Source of the DNA: Thermoleophilia bacterium
GTDB taxonomy: Bacteria > Actinomycetota > Thermoleophilia > RBG-16-64-13
Length of the DNA stretch: 64,000 nt
Reading direction: 5' to 3'
Assembly (NCBI GenBank): GCA_040772905.1
Contig: JAXGXJ010000010.1
Span: 26,701-90,700, forward strand
The position numbers and the translations under genes are program-made. Shown here piece after piece: positions 40,408-50,684 of the stretch (position 1 is the first letter of the stretch; the number at the start of each line of letters is the position of its first letter). The notes under the pieces were generated by a model, which searched no databases, had not been told where the DNA came from, and saw only the letters and a list, made by a program, of their open reading frames with translations.

Positions 40408-40589
40408 CTTCTCTCCTTGTCCAGAGCGCGGCGGCGATGAGCCTATCGCCCCCGCGCCACGTCGGTGCATGCACATATGTGAGCACTCACTAACCTAGAA
40501 GTCAAGGGGTGAGCGCCGTCCAATTTCCTGTCCGGCCGCTCCGCTAGCATCATGTCGTTCATACACACTGCATTAAGGGGGGCGACGTC

Positions 40590-40901
40590 ATGATCCTTCC
40601 GGCCATCATCGCCGCACTCGTGGTATTGGCTCCCATCTCCTACGTCGCCCTGCGCAGACTGTCGGTGGTGGAGCAGCAGATCACGTTCGCGGAGCCTCAA
40701 CGCGGCGTGGCCGGCGTGACCTTGGTCATCCGGGAGGACAACGTACAACGCCTGCGCATCACCTTCGACGACGGCCAGGTGTGCGAGGTATTTCCCGCGA
40801 AGAGCGGCGCCGAAGGCGCCGCTCCGGGCAGATCGGATCGTTCCGCCCGCGACCTCGGCCGACCCATCGTGCCCGCGGTCTCTGCCACGCGGCAGGCATA
40901 G
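40590..40901 (+). CDS. Hypothetical small membrane-anchored protein
   Basis: AAGGGGGG RBS. N-terminal TM MILPAIIAALVVLAPISYVAL. No recognisable family. Confidence 0.5.
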   Translation: MILPAIIAALVVLAPISYVALRRLSVVEQQITFAEPQRGVAGVTLVIREDNVQRLRITFDDGQVCEVFPAKSGAEGAAPGRSDRSARDLGRPIVPAVSATRQA

Positions 40902-40935
40902 AACCGACCGTCCCGGCGGTATGATTACAGGACGT

Positions 40936-40967
40936 ACGTGCGCACGCCCTCACGTGCGCACGCCCTC
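40936..40967 (+). repeat. Perfect 16-bp tandem duplication (ACGTGCGCACGCCCTC x2)
   Basis: Copies at 40936-40951 and 40952-40967. The second copy feeds into an inverted repeat, GCCCTCATCGT (40962-40972) / ACGATGAGGGC (40995-41005). Confidence 0.9.
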
Positions 40968-41031
40968 ATCGTCCGCCGGCCCACGCGGTGGCGCACGATG
41001 AGGGCAGACACCACCTGAGAGAGGAGGCGTT

Positions 41032-41319
41032 ATGGCAGCCAAGAGCTGGTCCGATCTGTCGCCCGGGGGTCAAGTCGCCCTCATCGTCCTCAGTACTGTC
41101 CAGATAGGCCTGTTGGCCGCGGCGCTCTGGGACATCGCTCACCGCACACCCGACGAGGTCCGAGGTGACCGGCGCATGTGGGCCGGCATCGCCTTCATCA
41201 ACTGGATAGGCCCCCTGGCCTATTTCACCATCGGGCGCAAAGACGGACTGAGCGGCCTCATGGAGCAGTGCCGCGCTTTGACGCAGTACTGCCGGAAGGC
41301 GGAGGCAGAGGAGGCTTGA
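41032..41319 (+). CDS. PLD-nuclease N-terminal (PLDc_N) domain small membrane protein
   Basis: GGAGG RBS. Two TM helices and the motif W..IAFINWIGPLAYFTIGRK, typical of PLDc_N. Confidence 0.7.
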   Translation: MAAKSWSDLSPGGQVALIVLSTVQIGLLAAALWDIAHRTPDEVRGDRRMWAGIAFINWIGPLAYFTIGRKDGLSGLMEQCRALTQYCRKAEAEEA

Positions 41320-41819
41320 CGTCTCCTCTTGTCGCGCGCCCGAGAGGAACTCCGGTCCCCGACGATATCCGCTTCATGAAGCTTGCCCTGGAGGAGGCTC
41401 GTCGGGCCGGAGAGCAGGCTGAGATCCCGGTGGGGGCGGTGCTGGTGGTGGGCGGTGAGGTCGTCGCCTCTGCCGGCAACGAGCGCGAGCGGCGTCACGA
41501 CCCAACCGCGCACGCCGAGATGGTGGTGCTCCGGGCGGCCGCCGAGCGGCTGGGGGGCTGGCGGCTCCGCGAGGCGACCTTGTACGTCACTTTGGAGCCG
41601 TGTGCCATGTGCGCCGGTGCCATCGTGCTGGCACGTATCGAGCGGCTGGTCTACGGTCCCGACGACCCCAAGGCTGGGGCGGCCGGGTCGATCTTCAACA
41701 TAGTGGACCACCCGGCGCTCAATCACCACCCCGAGGTGAGGGCCGGCCTGATGGAAACCGAGTGCGCAGCCCTGCTGCGTGAATTCTTCGAGGGCCGGCG
41801 CGCAGACGACTCCGCCTGA
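41316..41819 (+). CDS. tadA: tRNA adenosine(34) deaminase
   Basis: IPVGAVLV...HAEMVVL...TLEPCAMCAGAIV motifs. Start is uncertain: TTG at 41316 (giving DDIRFMKLALEEARRA as in other TadA N-termini) or ATG at 41376. Confidence 0.88.
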   Translation: MTSPLVARPRGTPVPDDIRFMKLALEEARRAGEQAEIPVGAVLVVGGEVVASAGNERERRHDPTAHAEMVVLRAAAERLGGWRLREATLYVTLEPCAMCAGAIVLARIERLVYGPDDPKAGAAGSIFNIVDHPALNHHPEVRAGLMETECAALLREFFEGRRADDSA

Positions 41820-41850
41820 CACCGACCGCGATACCAGAGAGGAGCGAGAC

Positions 41851-42864
41851 ATGTCTCTCACCGACAAGGCGTACGAAGCCTATTGGTCGGCTTCCGGCCT
41901 GGTGCGTCCCTTCACCCTGGCCCGATACCTGCGCCAGAAGAAGGCCGCGGACCAGGAGTGGCAGAGCTCGCACCCGCAGCCGCTCGACGACCTGGGCACG
42001 GTGGAGAAGTTGTCCGTCCTCCCTCTGGTGGAGTTCTACGCCGCCCCGAACAGCGGCGCGGCTCGCGACGGCGACGGCGCCGCTCCTCGTTTCCGCACAG
42101 AATCAGGCGTCTCGTACCTGGTCAGGGCCGACGGCAAGAACATCCTCTTCGACGTGGGCTACAACCAACTTCGCGAGCACCCCTCTCCCCTGCTCCACAA
42201 CATGGCGGCCCTGGGCGTCTCACCCGACGACCTGGACGCCGTGGTGATCTCGCACATCCATCTGGATCATGTGGGTGGCCCGCACTGCCAGGCGCAGCGC
42301 ACGTTCGCTCTTTCGGCGGAGGACGTCGACCTGCGCGGCATCCCCGCCTACACGCCCGCGCCCATGACCCACGCCACGGCCAAAGTTGAAACCGTCACCC
42401 AGGGACGCAGGCTCAGCGAGGGCATCGCCAGCACGGGGCCGCTCACCCGGGCCATCTGGCTGATGGGGCCCGCCACCGAACAGTCGCTGTTGGTGAACGT
42501 CAAGGACAAGGGGCTGGTGCTGATCGTGGGCTGCGGTCATCCGTCGCTCACGCGTATCCTGGCCCGCGCGCAGGCACTGGTGCCGGCTCCACTGTATGCC
42601 GTCATGGGCGGCCTCCACTATCCCGTCACCAGCTCCCGCGTGGGTAAGGGGCGACAGAACATCATCGGCAGCGGCAAGGTGCCGTGGCTCCGCATAACCC
42701 GAGCAGAGGCCCGCGCTGCGGTCGATGCGCTCAAGGCGCTCGATCCGCAGGTGGTGGCGCTGTCGGCGCACGACAGTTGCGACTGGACCCTGGACCTCTT
42801 CCGGGCGGGTTTCGGCGACCGCTATCGCGAAGTGCGCGTGGGCGAGGAGATCGTCATCGCCTGA
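41851..42864 (+). CDS. MBL-fold metallo-hydrolase
   Basis: ORF 41779..42864 trimmed to MSLTDKAYE. VISHIHLDHVGG is the HxHxDH motif. Confidence 0.75.
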   Translation: MSLTDKAYEAYWSASGLVRPFTLARYLRQKKAADQEWQSSHPQPLDDLGTVEKLSVLPLVEFYAAPNSGAARDGDGAAPRFRTESGVSYLVRADGKNILFDVGYNQLREHPSPLLHNMAALGVSPDDLDAVVISHIHLDHVGGPHCQAQRTFALSAEDVDLRGIPAYTPAPMTHATAKVETVTQGRRLSEGIASTGPLTRAIWLMGPATEQSLLVNVKDKGLVLIVGCGHPSLTRILARAQALVPAPLYAVMGGLHYPVTSSRVGKGRQNIIGSGKVPWLRITRAEARAAVDALKALDPQVVALSAHDSCDWTLDLFRAGFGDRYREVRVGEEIVIA

Positions 42865-42910
42865 GCCAGTTGCGACTGAGGCAGGGACCGCCCACTCTAG
42901 GACCGTTCTT

Positions 42911-43942
42911 ATGACCAACCGCCAGGACCACAGTGACGACTTGCTGCGTGGGCGCGCGCCCGATCATCAGCAGGCGCGGGCAGAAGCTCACGCGCACGAC
43001 CGCGCCGTGCCTGCGCTGGGCGCGGCCCCCGATAAGCGCCTCATCATCAGCCTGGCTCTCAACCTGGTCATCACGCTGCTGCAGGTGGTCGGTGGCCTCA
43101 TCGCCAACAGCCTGGGACTCCTCTCCGACGCCGCGCACAATCTCAGTGACGTCGTCGCCCTTGGGCTGAGTCTGTGGGCCGTGCGCCTCAGCAGGCGCGG
43201 CCGCACCCCCACCCGCACCTTCGCCTTCAAGCGGGCCGAGATCCTGGTGGCCCTGTTCAACTCGGCAGTGCTGGTGGGGATCTCCATCTACCTGGTCATC
43301 GAGGCGGTCCGTCGTCTGCTCGAGCCGGAGCCGGTGCAGGGACTGTGGGTCATCGTCTTCGCCGCCGGCGGCTTGGTGATCAACACCTTTGCCGCCCTCC
43401 TGTTGCGCTCGCACGGGCACGACTTGAACCTGCGAGCAGCATTCCTCCATCTCGTGGGCGATGCCGCCACCAGCTTCGGCGTGATGCTGAGCGGCGTGTT
43501 GGTCTACCTCACCGATTGGAGCTACGCCGACCCGCTCGTGTCGATTCTCGTGTCTATCTGGATCACGCGGCAGGCGGTGTGCATCATCCGCTCCACCGTG
43601 AACGTGCTCATGGAGGGGACGCCGGAGGGCGTCGATTTCGCCGCAGTCGAAGCCGCCATGGAGGCCATCCCGCTGGTGCGCGGCGTGCACGATCTGCACA
43701 TCTGGGCCATCTCGTCGGCCGACCTGGCTCTCTCCGCGCACCTGGAGGTCGACGAGAGCGCCTTGACCGAACCGGCGGAGCTGTTGACCGCCGTCAAGCA
43801 GATGCTGGCCCAGGAGTTCGGCATCGGCCACGTGACGCTGGAACTGGAGATAGCCGGAGGCGAGTGCGCCGGCAGTACCTGCGTGCTCGTGCCGCGGCTG
43901 CCGGAACGGGCGGATGGGGACCGTATGGGGCATCAGCACTGA
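42911..43942 (+). CDS. Cation diffusion facilitator family metal efflux transporter (CzcD/ZitB-like)
   Basis: ORF trimmed to MTNRQDHSDD. LNLVITLLQVVGGLIANSLGLLSDAAHNLSDV, HLVGDA and a C-terminal cytoplasmic domain. Confidence 0.85.
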   Translation: MTNRQDHSDDLLRGRAPDHQQARAEAHAHDRAVPALGAAPDKRLIISLALNLVITLLQVVGGLIANSLGLLSDAAHNLSDVVALGLSLWAVRLSRRGRTPTRTFAFKRAEILVALFNSAVLVGISIYLVIEAVRRLLEPEPVQGLWVIVFAAGGLVINTFAALLLRSHGHDLNLRAAFLHLVGDAATSFGVMLSGVLVYLTDWSYADPLVSILVSIWITRQAVCIIRSTVNVLMEGTPEGVDFAAVEAAMEAIPLVRGVHDLHIWAISSADLALSAHLEVDESALTEPAELLTAVKQMLAQEFGIGHVTLELEIAGGECAGSTCVLVPRLPERADGDRMGHQH

Positions 43943-44037
43943 AGAAGAGCACTCGCGACCCCAGGGCACGCCGACGCATGGTATCATGTCGATTGATCGA
44001 TTCATCGATTAATGTGACCGAGGGAGGTGATGCCCGC

Positions 44038-44340
44038 ATGGAACAGGTGGTGAACGCCACCGACGCACGCGTCCATTTTGGTGAGATGCTGCGACGCGTC
44101 ACGGAGCACGACGAGACCATCGTCGTTGAGAAGGGCGGCGTCCCCAAAGCGGTGGTCATGAGCATCGCCGACTACAGGAGGCTGATGGCTAAGAACAGCG
44201 GCGGCGACTGGCGAAGGACCGCACAGGCAGCTCGCGATCGGGTACGGGCCGAGCTGGCCGGGGCGTCTGCGCCGCCGCCGGAGGAGTTCCTGCGCCAGTC
44301 CCGACAGGAGCGCGATGGGCGACTCGACTGTCTGCGTTGA
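44038..44340 (+). CDS. Type II antitoxin, Phd/YefM family
   Basis: MEQVVNATDARVHFGEMLRRVTEHDETIVVEKGGVPKAVVMSIADYRRL is a classic Phd/YefM N-domain. It lies inside the spurious ORF 43174..44340. Confidence 0.85.
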   Translation: MEQVVNATDARVHFGEMLRRVTEHDETIVVEKGGVPKAVVMSIADYRRLMAKNSGGDWRRTAQAARDRVRAELAGASAPPPEEFLRQSRQERDGRLDCLR

Positions 44341-44770
44341 CGCCAGTTTCGTCGCCCGCCTCTTCATGGGACCCGACGAAGATGAAGCCTGGAAGCTTTT
44401 CGACCGCTGGGTCGAGGATGAGGCCGTCATCCACGCCCCCACGCTGCTCGCGTACGAACTCACCAACATCCTTCACCGCTACCACCGGTCCGGATACCTG
44501 AGTAAGGTGAATGCGGAGCTGGTGCGCGATGCCTTCTCAGGATTGCCACTCACGCTCGAGCCCCAAGAGTCCCTGGGACGGGCCGCCCTACGTATCGCGG
44601 CCGATACCGGGATGCCCGCCACCTACGACGCCTACTATCTCGCGCTCGCCGAACGCTACGACGCTGAGCTCTGGACGGCCGACCGGCGCCTGGCGACCGA
44701 AGCGGGAGCATACGCGTCGCGGGTACGGTTGTTGGGTGAGCCGAACGAAGAGCCCACGGAATCATTGTGA
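44315..44770 (+). CDS. vapC: PIN-domain toxin (VapC-type)
   Basis: It overlaps the antitoxin by 26 nt. VCVDASFVARL (Asp1), AYELTNIL (Glu), TYDAYYLALA (Asp) and LWTADRRL (Asp). Confidence 0.85.
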   Translation: MGDSTVCVDASFVARLFMGPDEDEAWKLFDRWVEDEAVIHAPTLLAYELTNILHRYHRSGYLSKVNAELVRDAFSGLPLTLEPQESLGRAALRIAADTGMPATYDAYYLALAERYDAELWTADRRLATEAGAYASRVRLLGEPNEEPTESL

Positions 44771-44914
44771 TGGGACGTGCGGCGGGTGGCGCGGCGTGGA
44801 TCGTTCGAACTGGGCACGGGGAGGCGATTGCCCTGCCCGACTCGTCCGCAATCGGCTACAATCCCGGTGCGCTGGATGGCCGTAGTGCACTGGAGCCGTC
44901 CAGACGCGCCATAG

Positions 44915-45002
44915 GGAGAGGTGGCAGAGCGGCTGAATGCGGCGGTCTCGAAAACCGTTGGGCCTCTTTGAGGTCCCGGGGGTTCGAATCCCCCCCTCTC
45001 CG
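44915..45002 (+). tRNA. tRNA-Ser, anticodon CGA
   Basis: Acceptor GGAGAGG/CCTCTCC plus discriminator G, U8, anticodon loop CT-CGA-AA, long variable arm GGGCCTCTTTGAGGTCC, T-arm GGGGG-TTCGAAT-CCCCC. CCA is not encoded. Confidence 0.92.
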
Positions 45003-45196
45003 TAAGGTAGCCCGCGCACGCGAAGGCGGCGTCTCCCACCGAGGTCTGGGGGATTCCGAACCCGCGAGGGCGCAAGCGTCAGCGACACCGGATAGCATCA
45101 TGGTCCCCCGCGGTCCAAGCCCTCGCCTGTAGATGATGGGCGGAGACATGCTGTTCCTCAGGACAAGCGCCGGACACACGTCATCCATGAAAGCCC

Positions 45197-46501
45197 CTAC
45201 AGCCGGCTGACCCTCACGATGAGCGCAGCGGCCTGAGCCCGCGTGATGGTGCTTGACGGACTGAGTCTGCCGTTACTGCCCTTGACTACCCCCAGATACG
45301 CGACATAGGCGGCGTAAGGCCTGTGGACGGCCGCGATCTGACCGGCGTCGCTGAAGGGAGCGAGAGCATCTGCGCCTTCAACGGCGTACCACTGGGCCAC
45401 CGTGTCATACCTGCCAAGACGGCCCGCGATGTAGCCGCGGACGTCCAGTGCTTTCGCCTCCAGGTAGCGGCCCAGGATGGTGCTGACATGCTGCCGGAGC
45501 ATGGGCGCGCCGGGACGATAGTGATGCTCGTCGACGCCCTGCATCAGACCCCGATCGACACCGGTCTCGATCCAGCCGAAGAAAGTGTGGCCAGCGAGCA
45601 CGTCCACGAAGGTGGGCGGCGCGGCGGAGCGACCAAAGGAATATCCAGGCCCTCCACAGTCATCTTGGCGAACTGTCCGCGATCGACCGGGTTGGACGGC
45701 CTGAAGGAGCCGTCGGCATAGCCGTCGGCCACATTCCTCACCTGCGCGGCCGAGACCCCGTAGAGAACTGGCCACGCTGGTTGGAATGCTGCGTCCACCC
45801 ACCATCCGAGGGGATGGCGGCCCTGATCCAATTGAAGATGCCCAGGGCATATTTCTCCTGCTTGGCATCGGTGTCACAGATGCCGGCCTCCATCCGCAGG
45901 AGAGCGGGCACGGTGGCCCACAGTTGGACAATGGCCAGGTTCCCCGCCAAGTATCATGCCCTCCCTGCCCGTGAATTCCTCCACGGCCATTGTGATGGAG
46001 GGCCCCTCCACAGCTCTGCGGGCGCTGAGGATGGCGTTGCCGATGGCCAGTATTGCGGCCACGTCGGCAAGGGTGAAGTACTTCTTCGCGCCATCGACGG
46101 AAGCCCGCCAGTCGTTCACGCGCTGTACATAAGACATGACCCCAGGCGCCGAATGTGTGGGCATCTCGGTGGATACTGACAAGCAGGGCTGCCCCGTTCT
46201 TGTTCGCCATGTTGACGCGATCCCGCTTCGAGACCACGTCATCAGGGCCTGTCTTAGTCAACATGACCGTGTAACCGGCCGCCTCCAACTTCTTCTTGAG
46301 CTTCACCGAGACATTCCAGACCTCATGGTTCTCGGCTCCGTTGTCGTACTCGTAGTCGTACATGTTCCACTGCGGGTCGATAGACAGCCGTGTTCCTCCG
46401 CTGTGACCCGGATCGATGACGATCAAAGGACCGGCCGAGGCGACGCCTGCCCCCACAAGGAAGGCCAGAAGAAACACAAGGACGAAAAGCCACTTTCTCA
46501 C
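45197..46501 (-). pseudogene. Frameshifted N-acetylmuramoyl-L-alanine amidase (Amidase_3) with C-terminal SLH domains
   Basis: AAGGAG plus the GTG at 46501 give VRKWLFVLVFLLAFLVGAGVASAGPLIVIDPGHSGG...NGAALLVSIHRDA. Recognisable sequence then continues in ORF 45874..46242 (APGVMSYVQRVNDW...), ORF 45738..45950 (GNLAIVQLWATVPALLRMEAGI...), ORF 45544..45831 (SLH: VADGYADGSFRPSNPVDRGQFAKM) and back to the first frame (...TRAQAAALIVRVSRL). That requires four frame changes. Confidence 0.7.
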
Positions 46502-46787
46502 TGCAGACTCCTTCGCGATCCCACCTGCCGCGCTCCTCTGGGAAGCGTCACGCGACGTACAGTGACGATCGACGTGTTCTCGTCGGTCTGCAAGCTTAGC
46601 TGCCGGTGGAGGGGAACGCCAATGGCGTGGGTCGACCACGCGACTCCGCAGGCGACGGCCTGGCCGGCGGAGAACCGGCTGCTGCGCCGTGACCGGACCG
46701 GTGCTAATACGTACCGCATAGGAATTCGATGCACCGTGCAGCCTTACTGCCCAGAGAACCGGGAGCCGCTGCAATAGAGGAGGGGGA

Positions 46788-48617
46788 ATGAAACGCTGTC
46801 ACTCCCACCTACATGACGGCCGCCGTGGAGCCGCGCATGCGATGCGTGGGGTTTGGCGGCGCGCCTGTGTGCTGCTTGGGCTGGCGTTTCTGGTGCTGAC
46901 GGGCGCGTTCTTTGGCTCAGCCGGTTCCAGATGCATTCGCACAGGAATTCTTCGCGCTTGCGCAGGCGAGTGTACTGGAAGTCCACCCCGATGTTTCCCA
47001 AGGAATCGCGACGTAGGTGGATATTCCTCGCGACGCACGCATGAACATCACGGGAAGCACCGTTCAGGGTCAGGCGGCACCCTTATGACTTCACCGCCCG
47101 GACGACACCCCATTACGTCGGAAGCGGCCAGTGGTCTGCTACCGGCATCTTCGATCCCGCCACAAGGGCATTTCAGGACGCCTCGTCTACGGCGAGTTCT
47201 ATACGTTTGAAGACAGCATCGCGCGTTGGCGCATATCGTATGAGGTCGACGCCGACTTCTCCGGCCTGACGGCAGGACCAAGGCGACAAGATCCGGCTCG
47301 TGCTCAACGGCATGAGCACCTCTAAGATGGAGAAGTAGCTGCAGGCGAAACCGGTGGACCACGGTAGAGTACGTTCCCAGGTCTCCCGACAGCATGGTGT
47401 GGGGACTCGACTTCACGCAGCAGGGAGGTCCCACTTCGGGGGTGCCGGAAGGCAAGGTACTCGTGACCTATGCCGGGGAGGCGTGGATCAGCCGCGACGG
47501 CGGCACGTACTGGGGGCCGCTCGAAGACGGTGAGTTGCTCGAGCCGGGCTGCAGAGTGCGAGTGCCAGGCCCCGAGGACGATGTGACGGGAGGTCAGGGT
47601 ACTCCCCCCAAGGGATGGCGAGTGATACTCACCTTTGGCAAGGGGTTCCGCTGCGTCGTCGAGCCCGGCAGTGTGATCGAGGTATTCGATTGGGGCGCCC
47701 GCGTGGAGAGCGGGTCCATCGAGATGGAAGACGATCCCACCAGGCCCAGTCGCGCGGAAGCCCCAGCAGAGTTCAGCTATCCGGCAAGGACCCCAGCGCC
47801 GCCCAGCCGCCGCTGAGAAGCCCAAGTCTCTTGACACGTCATAGCGGCGCTCACTGCCGCCTTGGCGACCGGAGGGAGCCGCTACCGCTTCGAAAGGATC
47901 TCTCCGACCGTACAGCTGAGGTCGCGGTCAACCAGGGAGCCGCCCGGGTGAAGAGCACCGCCACCCAGGCCCGCACCGCCGCCTGCCGCCGGTCAAGAGA
48001 TCACCGCGACGCCCAACAGGGCCTGGGGCTGGTCAGGGAGAAGTCCTTCGCGAGCGTCCTCCCCACCCCTACCGCACGGCCGTCATCGGCATGGCTCTCA
48101 AGGAGATCATGGGTGGCTACAAGGAGGGTGACTCCTGGGAGTTCCGACCCCTCGACCTTGATGCGAAACGGGCCCAGTTCGCCAGATGATCGTGGGCGCC
48201 ATGAGCCTGCCGCCCAAATCCACCACCGCCACCCGCTTTACCGATCTCGGCGCTCCGGACACGGCTGGATACCCGCACGTGTTCGTCCAAGCCGCCTACG
48301 AAAGCAAGATCACCACCGGCACCAACACAGCTCAGACCATGTTCGGTCCCTGGGATCCCATCAAACGGGCCCAGGTGGTGACCATGATCGTGCGTGCAGC
48401 CAAGGAGCTGTGGCCCGGAGTGCTCAAGACCCCGCCCACCGGCTGGTCGGGCGCTATGAGCGGCTTCACCGACGTGAACCACGGTGCCAACATGCGCATG
48501 GCCGAGTACAACGGCCTCCTTGCCGGTCTCACGGGCTTCGGCCGGGACTGGAACCCGTGGGCACAGGCCAGCAGAGGTGAGGTGGCGCAGATGCTGTGGA
48601 ATCTGATGACCCGGTAG
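46788..48617 (+). pseudogene. Heavily degraded surface-protein gene(s): signal-peptide fragment, beta-rich fragments, a 140-aa intact ORF (47394..47816) and a frameshifted triple-SLH remnant
   Basis: Signal-like MRGVWRRACVLLGLAFLVLTGAFFGSAGS at about 46842. Protein-like pieces occur in all three frames between 46.9 and 47.35 kb, for example GRLVYGEFYTFEDSIARWRISYEVDADFSGL. From about 48040 the SLH text reads FASVLP.., YRTAVIGMALKEIMGGYKEGDSWEFRP...KRAQFAR-stop. It then continues in the next frame as MIVGAMSL...RMAEYNGLLAGLTGFGRDWNPWAQASRGEVAQMLWNL. That text is colinear with the C-terminus of 60439..63126. Confidence 0.55.
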
Positions 48618-48668
48618 CCGCCTCCGCTACCTGACCCCTGCCGGCAATTCCGGCTGGCCGCGCCCTCG

Positions 48669-49478
48669 TCAGTCTACTTCGAAGTCCTTCTCCGTGAGGT
48701 TCGGGTAGATGTCCTTGAGCGGGGAGAAATCGGTCACGGCCGTATCCTTCAGCTCGAGCGTCTTCAGATTGGTCAGACCGGCCAGCGGGGTCACGTCGCT
48801 GACGGGGGTGTTGCCCAACTGCAGCTGTTCCAGCCCCTTCATCCCCGAGAGCACGCTCAGGTCGCTGATCTTGGAGTAACCGATGAAGAGCACTCTGAGA
48901 GACGTGAGGTTCGCCAAAGGGCTGTAATCCGTCGCCTCGCAGTTGAACAACGACAGGAAGTCCAGCTGCGTCAGGCCGGCCAGCGGCGTGATGTCTTTGA
49001 TGCTGTTGCCGCCCAGACCGAGTGACTTCAGATGAGTCAGTCCGCTCAGAGGGTTGATGTCGCTGAGCCAGTGGAACTGCAACCCCAGCATCTCCAGATT
49101 CACGAAGTGCTCGAGACCGCTGAGGTCCTTGATCCTCATGTCCTCGGGCGACTCGAACTCTATGCTGAGTTCGAGCTCTTTCAGCGTCGCGGCCTCTGCC
49201 GGCGTGATATCGCCCGTGGGCTTGTTCATGGCCGCGCGGATGCCCTTCTCCAGAAGGGGGTCGTTGAACACGACGGCGTCGGCGGCGGGAGCCGAGGTGG
49301 TGGTCGTGGTGGACTGAGTGGTGGACGGCACCGTCGAGGTGCTCGAAGCGGACGGCGGTGCAGTGGAGGCAACCGGGTCTTCAGTAGTCGATGAGCCGCA
49401 GGCCGCCAGACCCAGGCCCAAGCCAACGAGCAGGATCGTCACTGCTGCCGCCACGCACGCCGCCTTCATGATCTTCAT
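48669..49478 (-). CDS. Leucine-rich-repeat lipoprotein (internalin-like LRR)
   Basis: ORF trimmed to MKIMKAACVAAAVTILLVGLGLGLAACGSS (lipobox). An S/T/P linker follows, then about 22-aa LRRs such as LSGLTHLKSLGLGGNSIKDITPLAGLTQLDFLSL. Confidence 0.85.
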   Translation of the reverse strand: MKIMKAACVAAAVTILLVGLGLGLAACGSSTTEDPVASTAPPSASSTSTVPSTTQSTTTTTSAPAADAVVFNDPLLEKGIRAAMNKPTGDITPAEAATLKELELSIEFESPEDMRIKDLSGLEHFVNLEMLGLQFHWLSDINPLSGLTHLKSLGLGGNSIKDITPLAGLTQLDFLSLFNCEATDYSPLANLTSLRVLFIGYSKISDLSVLSGMKGLEQLQLGNTPVSDVTPLAGLTNLKTLELKDTAVTDFSPLKDIYPNLTEKDFEVD

Positions 49479-49681
49479 GAGTTCTCTCCGTCTCTGGCAC
49501 GAGGGGACCACGCTACAACCACAAGGGAATAGTAGCAACTGGACGGGCACCGCGCAGGATTCGAATTGTCGGATGCCCTGAGGGACTCAGCTCGGGAGGC
49601 CGGGTGCTCTCGACTCAAGAGTGTCCGGCGATGTCCACTATCCTTTGGCGGATGCGTTCCCCTCGAGAAGCGCCTTGAGCC

Positions 49682-50029
49682 TCACGCCGGCGGTTCGCCT
49701 CTCCCCGGCACGATGCAGATGAACTCGAACGGCCGCGTGCCCGTGTTCCTGAAGTTGTGCGTCTCGTTGGGTGGTACGAACACATAATCGCCGGGACTCA
49801 CCGGGGACTCGCTGCCATCCGGTCCCACCGCGGCTCCTTCGCCGGCCTCCACTTTCACCAGATGGGGGAAGTCGTGTGTGTGATATGGGGTCGCACTGCC
49901 TTCATCCACGGAGAAGTAACGCAGGATGATCTCGTCCGACCCTTCCGCGGGTCCCAACACGACCTGCTTGGTCACACCGGCGTAACCGGACGCCGTGGGA
50001 CATACATCGTCGCGTCGCTTGATCCTCAT
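49682..50029 (-). CDS. Cupin-domain protein
   Basis: ORF trimmed to MRIKRRDD (GGAGGAGG RBS). PYHTHDFPHLVKVEAGEG...GDYVFVPPNETHNFRN are the two cupin motifs. Confidence 0.8.
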   Translation of the reverse strand: MRIKRRDDVCPTASGYAGVTKQVVLGPAEGSDEIILRYFSVDEGSATPYHTHDFPHLVKVEAGEGAAVGPDGSESPVSPGDYVFVPPNETHNFRNTGTRPFEFICIVPGRGEPPA

Positions 50030-50251
50030 CCTGGTCCTCCTCCGTGCTCCGGCACTCGCTGGGGCCCGTCCATGCCGATCACACGCATCTCGGGTGTGCG
50101 TCGTCCCATCGTACCTCGCCGGACTCCGTCTGGGCGGCATCTTGCGAGCCCCATCGCGCCTCGGGGGACGATCTCCGATGGCGTCTTCACCGGCACGATC
50201 GCGGGCGACAAAGAAAGCGTGCCCGCGACCGCGAAGCGCCAGTAGGACATA

Positions 50252-50641
50252 TCACTCGTTCGGTGGCGTCTGGTCGGCGCTGCCCTCTGCCGACGCGCGC
50301 CCAGCGCGCGCCCCTCTCTCACGGCGGCTCCTCAGCAGATCACGGTAGTACGTCAGATGCCAGCTGAGGTGGAACAACGAGGTCAGCGTCATGACCACTC
50401 CAGCTTCCACATGCCAGAAGATCATGTTGATCGGTAGGCTGAACGTCAGCACGTAGTCCCGCCGCACCGCCAGGAGAAGGCCGAGGATGCCGGTCGACAA
50501 GAAGGTCACGAGCAACAGGACGTTCCAGATCTTGCGGTGAGTGGTGACCCTGATGTGCTTGGTCCTGTAAAGGACAAAACTCACGACGTAGATGACGAAG
50601 AGGGCGATGGCGATGGGGCTGACGTAGTAGGTCGTGAACAC
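50252..50641 (-). CDS. Small polytopic membrane protein (DUF4405-like, His-containing), partner of the upstream Mo-oxidoreductase
   Basis: 129 aa and 3-4 TM helices, with conserved-looking His in FWHVEAG and LFHLSWH. It lies 43 nt downstream of 50685..51395. Confidence 0.6.
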   Translation of the reverse strand: MFTTYYVSPIAIALFVIYVVSFVLYRTKHIRVTTHRKIWNVLLLVTFLSTGILGLLLAVRRDYVLTFSLPINMIFWHVEAGVVMTLTSLFHLSWHLTYYRDLLRSRRERGARAGRASAEGSADQTPPNE

Positions 50642-50684
50642 GAAGCCCTCCAGACATCAGGACGTCGCTGCCGATCGAGTGCCT

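Noticed and set aside
45003-49700. Integrated mobile element or prophage at tRNA-Ser
   Set aside because: There is no integrase, recombinase or phage-like gene, and no visible repeat of the tRNA 3' end. Only pseudogenes and ordinary surface-protein genes are present.
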